Source: Selaginella moellendorffii (Eukaryota; Plantae; Lycopodiophyta). From it: a stretch of DNA of 64,000 nucleotides. Where the stretch lies: assembly GCF_000143415.4 (NCBI RefSeq), contig NW_003314342.1:720173-784172 (forward strand), read 5' to 3'. Below the pieces are notes generated by a model. The model saw only the letters and a list, made by a program, of their open reading frames with translations. It did no database searches and had not been told where the DNA came from. The position numbers were made by a program, and so were the translations under genes. This document shows positions 56,161 to 64,000 of this stretch, in pieces (position 1 is the first letter of the stretch; each line of letters starts with the position of its first letter).

Positions 56161-56727
56161 ATGGCTTCTGGTGCTGGCAGCATCCTTCTCCTTGTTGTGC
56201 TTTCCAGTTTGGTGGCCTCCTCTGCTGCGAGATTTTCCGAAATCCAGGACATCTGCCAACCATCCGGTAAGCTCCATGCCCCCGGTGGGCATTCGTGCGA
56301 TGAGTGCTGCAAAGAAGGCGAAAGCTATCCCCGGTACGAATGCTCCCCGCAAGTGACTGGCAAGACAAAGGCGATCCTGACCGTGAATGACTTTGAAGAG
56401 GGCGGCGACGGTGGAGCTCCATCGGAATGTGACAACCAGTATCACGACAATTCGGAGCCTGTTGTGGCGCTCTCCACGGGCTGGTACGCAAAAGGCAGCC
56501 GGTGTGGGAAATTTGTGAGAATCTCCGCGAATGGGCGAACGGTGAGGGCCAAGGTGGTGGATGAGTGTGATTCAATGAATGGGTGTGACAAAGATCATGC
56601 ATTCGAGCCGCCATGCCTCAACAACATTGTGGATGCATCACCCGTAGTGTGGAAGAAGCTGGGGGTCTCCCAAGACGATGATGACTATGGATACATGAAG
56701 ATTACGTGGGCTATGGATGATGAGTGA
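56161..56727 (+). CDS. Kiwellin, copy 3
   Basis: 188-aa ORF, close paralogue of copy 1. Confidence 0.93.
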   Translation: MASGAGSILLLVVLSSLVASSAARFSEIQDICQPSGKLHAPGGHSCDECCKEGESYPRYECSPQVTGKTKAILTVNDFEEGGDGGAPSECDNQYHDNSEPVVALSTGWYAKGSRCGKFVRISANGRTVRAKVVDECDSMNGCDKDHAFEPPCLNNIVDASPVVWKKLGVSQDDDDYGYMKITWAMDDE

Positions 56728-57359
56728 TCAAGAATTGTATATCTCTCTTCTATTGTTCGTTGTGTTTTCTCTACACAGAAAACATTTCCTAGATCTAATA
56801 GAAATTGATAGTTTTATATTACACTTGACAGCTACTTTGCGTCTTGACCTTCAAAACTTTCTCATCCAAGTCTTAATTGGGGACGGGTGGATAAACAACA
56901 ACTCTACGTTTTTATCTTTCAGAGTCTTTTTCCGCATAAAGTTCACTAGCACCTTCACTGGAAACTTTACATAAAGAGTGGTAGGAGGCGATCGCTCTTG
57001 GGTTGCAACGTGTGGCAGCCCCTGGGCATTACAATATGACAATGAGAAGACTTTGAATGCATGTCTGGGTCAATCGGCTGGTGTGAAATTCTTAGAATAT
57101 CTCTGATTTTCTTAATATAGTCCTTATAATTGAAGGTATAATGCAACATAGGTGAAATAATCTAAATGCTGTTAGGTTTTATATATTACTTTGTGAAATT
57201 TAAAAATTAATTGTACATTTTGTTTTCAAATTAATCAAGAGATAAAGTTAATAGTTAATTATATATTTCAAATTACATTAAATAAAAATATAAAATTTCA
57301 TACATACATGTGCAAAAAAATTTAATTTCTTAGTACTTTATATAAATATAAATACACTT

Positions 57360-60300
57360 TATAAGGTTCAAGTGTACAGTTACAATGCCATATACTAATA
57401 TTAGCATAGTGAGATTTTGGTAGCCATTAGATTGATTTCAATTTAGACCACTCATTCTCATATATAAACTAGGGTTTTTGGGTTAATTGATATGAACATT
57501 TTTTACATTCCCTTTCCATATTCCATGCACTCACATTGGTGGAAATGAGGGGCATTTTTTATTGTCCTTGAGGAGTGCTTAGATTTGGGATTTTGGTTTA
57601 GACTTAATTTTTGCATTATTTAGATTTAGCTTTTTCCATTTCCTTTTTTTTATTTTTTTCTTATAGGATTTTGGTTTAGATCTAGATTTCCTTTTCCTTC
57701 TAGCTTTTTTTCATTCCTCTTCTTTTGCTTTTTCCTTTTCGTTCATCTTCGTGGCAGATTAGCAATCTCCTCCTTTGACTCTGAAGCAGTAGTTGGTACA
57801 ATTGTTTGATGTTATGTGATTGCAATTGAACAATCAAACTCAATTGATGGTGGCATTTATGGCACGTGGTACAACTCCTCCTACTCTTGGTGCCAATCCT
57901 CGCATTCAGCCGGAGTTCTTTTGTGGGAATCCTGGGGATGATATGTACCATTGGTTCGATCACTTCACAGTGATTGCCACATATCATTCTTGGGATGATG
58001 CTCGACATTTGCATGAGTTTCTCACGTGTCTCCAAGGGACAGCATTACAATGGTACAATGGTTTAAGTGCAGCCACTTGTGGGGATTGGAATGTTCTCCC
58101 AGATGTCTTTAAACGTGCATTTGGACATATTAATAATTGTGATAATGCCTTCTAACAATTGCATTGTCTTCGTTAAGGGTTATTTGAGTTAGTGATGCAA
58201 TTTAGCATTCGTTTCTGAAGCCTCTTACTTCGTATGGAGCCAAATATGTCAAAGCGGATCAAGGTAGGAATATTGTGGCCAGTGCTTTGTCAAGATTTTG
58301 TTGGACTTGTGCATGCATTTGCTCCTGCCACCTTTGATGATACTCTTTGCTTGGCACAACGTTATGAGATCTTGCCTCTTCCACTTTTTGCTACACGTCT
58401 TTCAACTCTACTTCCTGTGGGTGATGGTCCTATTTCAATGGAAGTTGATGCTGCTGCTACTCGAGCCCAAGGATAAGGGCGAGGCCATGGTTGTGGCCAT
58501 GATATTCATTGCTAGGCATATGATGAAGTTAGTCACATTTATCGATGTTGTCAGTGTTTTTTAGATTGGCAGCCACCATTTCATAAATGGAGACTTTGGC
58601 GTCAACATGACGCCAAGACATCCTGTTGGTGTTTGTAGCGCACCTTATCTCTCTCCCCTTAAACCAACTGGAAAAGGGGCAATTGCTTGATGAAAGAGCT
58701 CTTAGTGGCTATTTTATCCCCATTTATCCCCTAAGGTTCCAAGGATCCACGGTGACAGTATATCTAAATCTCATCCCATGATCACATGCGCTATAGTGTT
58801 GCTGCAATGGAAGGTCTAGACATCGAGATGCATCTGAGAAATAAGGAGTCACACGAGTAAGGAGGGACCTTACGCAAATAAGTTAGTGACCCTTCTATCT
58901 TTCTTTTGGGAGTATCATCAAGGGGTTCACTCGGCACCGATTCATTCAATGTTTACATTCTAAGCTCATTTTTATAACAAATGGTATCCTACTATTCTCT
59001 CCATGTTGGTTGATACAAGTTTGAGTTTATCTTCTATTGCTCAACATATTGCCACACGTTGTTGTCTACACTTGCGTCGTGCAGTAGAGCTAGTTTTCAT
59101 TCTTTATGCCAACGGCCGTACACATACATGTGCATGGGATGAGGCAAATTTAATTGTGTGTCTGGGAAATCTAACTTGGGTTGCAATCATTGCAAGTGGT
59201 GCTAAGTCAAGTTTTTTACCTCATCCTTGGAATGGATTGATTGCAGCACAATCATGCCAAGTGTGACTTTAAAGTTTCTTCCCCTTGTTTCATACTTCCT
59301 TATATTTTATCCATTCCTCTCACTTTCATATTTCTTCATCCCTCTACTTCTACCTCTACCTCTACTTCCATTACTTTTGTCCCCCCACTATTTCCTCCTA
59401 TGTTTTTGTCTTATTCTACTCTTCCCTTCTTCGATCCCTTTGACAATTTTTGTGTTGCAATGGTTGACCGGCTCATGAAGGAGTATTTTGATCTATTTGA
59501 ATTTGACCTATCGTCTGGGTCCAAGATTGCCACATGTCATCCGATTCCAACCGAGGATGCTCGTCCAATCAAGGTTCTTGTTCGTTGTTAGTCACCCAAA
59601 GAGATCAAGCTTTTACATGCAAACGTGAAGGAGATGTTGGAGAAGGGTATTATTCGGAAGTCACGGAGTCCTTGGGCATGTGAACTTCATCTTGTGACAA
59701 AGCTTAATAGAAGTATTCGTTTTTGCATCGACTATCGTTCGTTAAACAAAGTAATGATCCCGGATGTGTACCCTCTTCTTCACACTGTTAATCTTTTAGA
59801 TTATCTAGGGCGAAGTCGTTAATTCACCAAGCTAGATTTTGCTTCTGGGTACTAGCAAATACCAATGACCAAAAAAGATATTCCTACGACTGCTTTTCGT
59901 ACATTATTTGGTTTGTACAAATTCTTGGTGATGCCATTTGGTTTGAACAATGCTCCAACAACTTTTCAGCAAATGATGGACAAGGTTTTTTGCGATATGC
60001 CAGAGGTGACTACTGACTTCATTAATGATGTTTTGATCTATTAGGAGGGGACGTGGGAAGAGCACGTAAGCGGTTGAAGTGTGTGTTTGGGTCCAAGGAC
60101 ATGACTTATCTTGGATATCGTACTTCTTGTGAGGGTTTGCAAGTTGATCTTAACAAATTTGTGGCTGTTCTAAAATTTTCTACTCCGAAGTGTGTAAATG
60201 ATATGCAGTGCTTCCTAGGCAAGGTGTAATATCTTTGTCGTTTTGTAGATCATCTTTCTAATTGCATTGCACCATTGCAAGTGTTTCTTAATCATCTTTC

Positions 60301-62363
60301 ATTTGATCTTCTGATTGTGAGCAGATGTTCGTGAATCTCAAAGAGCTATTGACAACTCCTCTAGTTTTGGCATATCCTGACTACACTTGACCTTTTATTT
60401 TGCACGTAAATGCTTCTAATATTGATCTTGGAGGTGTGTTAATGCAAGAGAGCCCGAGTGTGCCTGGTCAGTGCCATCCCATAACATATATAAGTTATAC
60501 ATTACAACCAGTGGAGGTGAACTACTCCACGACAGAGGAGTGTTTAGCAAGAGTCTAGGGTTTTAAAAAACTTCATGCATATCTACATGGTTCTCGGACA
60601 TTATTTAAAAGTAATCATATTGCTATTATTTCATTATTGAAGCGAAAGAACTTAGTTGATCATACTACTTGGTGGGCTTTGAAGCATCAGATATATAATT
60701 TTAATGTTGTTCATCGCTTAGGGAGTTTTATGGTTGATGCTAATGCCCTTTCTCAAGCTCCTCTTCCTTTTACATTGTCTTTTTATGTTTCTGACAAGTC
60801 TATTGTTCTAGCATCTGTGAATTTTCTAGACAAGGATTTTGTGCTGTTGGCATTTACTGTACTTGACGTTTAGTGTTTATAAGGTGCAAAGAAAAATCTA
60901 CCTTCTCTTGATGAGGTGCTCAAGGCTTAAAAGATTGAGCCATGAATTCGAAGGCCTCGAGATGGGTTTGAGAATCTTACATCAAGTACTAATGACTTGT
61001 CATTCTAACATTTATATTCTCAATATCGCTTTAAAAATGGCCTTCTTTATTTTGTTGGGATGGATCCTAATGATCCTTTACGGCTGGTGGTGCCTTCCAT
61101 CTTTATTTCATGGTTTCTCCATACCTACCATAATTTTCCTATTCTAGAGGGGTATATAAAACATTATCGTGTGACCAATAAACTATGCAAGTTTCTTTAT
61201 TAGCTAAAGATGCAATGTGATGTTATCTGGTATATACGTAGTTGTGTTTAGTGCTAAACTCATAATACTCCCGCGAAAAAACAGTTGAAGTCAATTGCAA
61301 TTTCCCATCCATTTGAGTTGGTGGTGTTTGATCTTATAGGACCTTTTCCATGATCTACTATTGGCAATGAATATGTTATTACTACTTCTGATTATTTGAC
61401 TCATTGGGTGGAAGTTGGTGCTTTTGTTAGCGCCTCTACAACTACTGTTAGATAGTTTTTCCTCAATTGAGTGGTGTTCTAGTATTGTTGTTCAAAATGG
61501 ATTCTTTTGGATAATGGTCCCACATTTATGACTGAGGCATTTCATGTTTTGATGTCTCAATTGAAAATATGCCACACTTTAATGAGTGCTTATCATCCAC
61601 AGTCAAACGATTTGTTGGAATGGCTCATTGGATATTCAAAGGAATAATCGCAAAATACATGAATTTTTAGCATTTATATTGGGATGGTTATTTGCTGTCT
61701 CTTCAATATGCATATGTCACAGGGGTGCAGAGTTCTATTGGTGCTTCATTATATAAACTTCTATATGATCATGATCTAATATTACCAACGGAGCTAGGTT
61801 TATCTTCGCGATTGCCATGAGCTGCTAATGCTAGGTCATGGGATCAGTATTTAACGAGTATTCTTCCACTTGTCTAAGCAAAGCCTATTGAACATTTAGG
61901 CCACATACAAGTGGGACAACAACGGTGCTACAACTCCCATCATCGTTCACATGTGGAGTACAAAGTGGATGACTTGGTATTAGTTTGTTTTCCCCATCTT
62001 ATGGTATGTGGTTTATCTAAAGGGCTATTTGCTCAATGGAAAGGACTGTATCGGGTGTTGCGGCAAGTTGGACCATAAGTTTATGAGGTTTGGCATGACG
62101 TCTAGCAAGCCAATCCTTCAAAAATTGTGAATGTGCAACAGTTGAAATGCTTCATATAAAGAGATTAGAAATAACTGCTACTACCTATAGATCCACTAAT
62201 GCCTCCTGTTGACGTTCTTCTAAAAGGGGATGATGTGAAGTTTAAGTGTATGGTTATGATGCCGTATACTAATATTAGCATAGTGGCATTTTAGTAGCTG
62301 TCGAATTAGTTTCAATCCAGACCATTCACTCCTATATATAAGCTAAAGTTTTTGGGCTAATTG
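57360..62363 (+). mobile_element. Decayed Gypsy element of the same family as 27210-32218; 3' LTR truncated
   Basis: 5' LTR ~57360-57535; PBS TGGTGGAAATGAGGGG; gag/pol colinear with the first element but full of stops; PPT AAAAGGGGATGA; 3' LTR from 62234, with similarity ending at ~62363. Confidence 0.93.
58634..58795. mobile_element. Nested 162-bp solo LTR of a different family
   Basis: Absent from the first element. Termini TGTAGCGCA..TGCGCTA(T)A are inverted repeats; 5-bp TSD GTGTT at 58629-58633 and 58796-58800. Confidence 0.8.
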
Positions 62364-62699
62364 GGATAAATTAATGTTGAATACCAAGGGTGTATTTTTT
62401 ATTTCCTCAGTATATTTAGCGGTAAAAGGAAACTTCAAAGGCAATTATTCCCTTTTTAAAGTTTAAAGGTTAAATTAAATCTCAATGATTTAAATTATAA
62501 AAATGTTAATAACTTTTGAAGGGGTTTTATGACATTCAATTATTCACTGAATTTACAATGTTTGAATTTTGGTAAAGGTTGGCAACAACCTCAAATAGAA
62601 TTGGCTGAAAACTAAAAATCCCATACTAGAAGGTTTCTAGAAGGATACATGTTTTTTGCAGCGCCCAATACCACAGGGTGGGTATTTATAATTACCTAC

Positions 62700-63870
62700 C
62701 TACTCCTCACTCCCTAGCACCTTGAAGCTCTAAAGTCCTTGGCAAGAGTTGCTCTCAATGCATCCTCAAGATATACCAGCCATGATGTCAATGTTGGATA
62801 GGCTAACAAGGAATAATAGTGAACTGCTTTCATAGGCGGTTGTATGTCATACAATCAAGAGCATGTGACTTAGGCAGTGTTACAGACTTTGCAATGACAG
62901 AGATGACGAGGGAGTCAATTTCAACATGAAGCTAGTGATTACCACACCAAACTTGTAACATGCTTATGGCGAGGCATGATGATAAACATGCGGATCCATG
63001 CCAAGAGGATTAAACAGTTTTTCACTTTTTGGCATATTTGACAGATCCAACTGTTCTAGACAGCAGTTAGTGTTTGAAAGCTTGTGCCATCCACCAGCTG
63101 TAATTGTCTAGTGGGCTTTCAAGCACGGACTCAAGATCCAGGCCTACCTTTGCTATGAGATCTGTCCATCAGCCTCCATTACGCTCGTACATAAGACCAA
63201 TGGAGTTGTCAATGGAGCTTAGTCTGAATGTTGTTGAGATGCCACTATGTCTTCGCATAATTGATTGTATGTTTCCATGCAAGGAGCTCCAAAGGCCATA
63301 ATTCTGATTCGAACAGGATAATTGGATATGACACATCTGCTGTGTGGAGCTCTGCGCAAATGAAGTGGTATTGGAGCTCTTCAACTTGACATCCATCATA
63401 CCCAGCTGTGACCTCTTCTGTGTACAAGGGGACAGTGAATACTTTGGCACTACAGTTTGTGGCACAATCCAACTAGAGTGCAATGTAGGCACTGCCTACA
63501 ATCACCGTTCCAGGGATTGATTTCGTGAATTATCCCGAGTATTTGTATTTGTCCACTTCTTCGACTCAGACTCCAAGGTAATAGCATGTGTTGTCCTCCA
63601 TTGGCCAGCAGATTGTGTCTCTGTTAGATTAACTTCCATACATGTGGCCTCACAGAATTCACTTGGTGCATCCAGTGTTGAGGGTGCCACACATTGTGTC
63701 ATCTACATAGCAACACATACAAACAAGAGTTGATATGACGCCAGTGTGTTTCCTAGGATCATGGCTTCTAGTGCATCAATGTATATTGCAAAGAGCTTAA
63801 GAGACAGAGGACAGCCTGCATCATCCGATATAGAGCTCAAGTACCACCCATAATGAGAGGAGTAAGCACC
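62700..63870 (-). pseudogene. Unidentified degenerate coding-like region
   Basis: Balanced GC content and several 60-107-aa broken frames on the minus strand. No recognisable motif. Confidence 0.2.
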
Positions 63871-64000
63871 TGGATCTCAACGAGCTTTTGGATCTCAACG
63901 AGCTTTTGATAAGCAAGTCTCGTGGCATGTGATCAAAGCCTTGGCTAAATCCATATATCCGAGGTTGGTTACGCTTGTAACACATGCGTACAAGCAGGAC

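Noticed and set aside
63169-63702. Ser/Thr-rich frames suggestive of an aerolysin-like toxin
   Set aside because: Only compositional resemblance; frames are broken and there is no diagnostic motif.
63871-63908. 18-bp tandem duplication TGGATCTCAACGAGCTTT x2
   Set aside because: Isolated two-copy slippage with no further structure.

Overview
Compact land-plant nuclear DNA with short GT-AG introns and many PLS-class PPR genes. It is most consistent with the lycophyte Selaginella (inference from gene content and intron size, not verified). From left to right: (1) an intronless PPR-E-DYW RNA-editing factor (835-3873). It begins with an OSB-type 'PDF' ssDNA-binding motif, and its PPR tract is built from near-identical 333-bp units. 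(2) A four-unit tandem array (~5.3-46.7 kb). Each unit is [RsgA-GTPase fragment, PLS-PPR gene (intact only in unit 1), degenerate F-box-like relic, AT-rich spacer, intact 11-exon subtilase on the minus strand, 3' end of the neighbouring SPOC gene]. Unit-specific insertions are a Helentron/HINE-like element, an LTR fragment and a 5.0-kb Gypsy element. (3) A TFIIS-M/SPOC (BORDER-like) gene, head-to-head with a tiny basic HMG-box gene. (4) Ferredoxin-nitrite reductase. (5) Three kiwellin genes separated by deletion-eroded NiR 3' fragments. (6) A second, decayed copy of the same Gypsy family carrying a nested solo LTR. There are two assembly gaps. The best candidate for a new system is the PDF-PPR-DYW:WW fusion. 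All calls are by eye; no searches were run.
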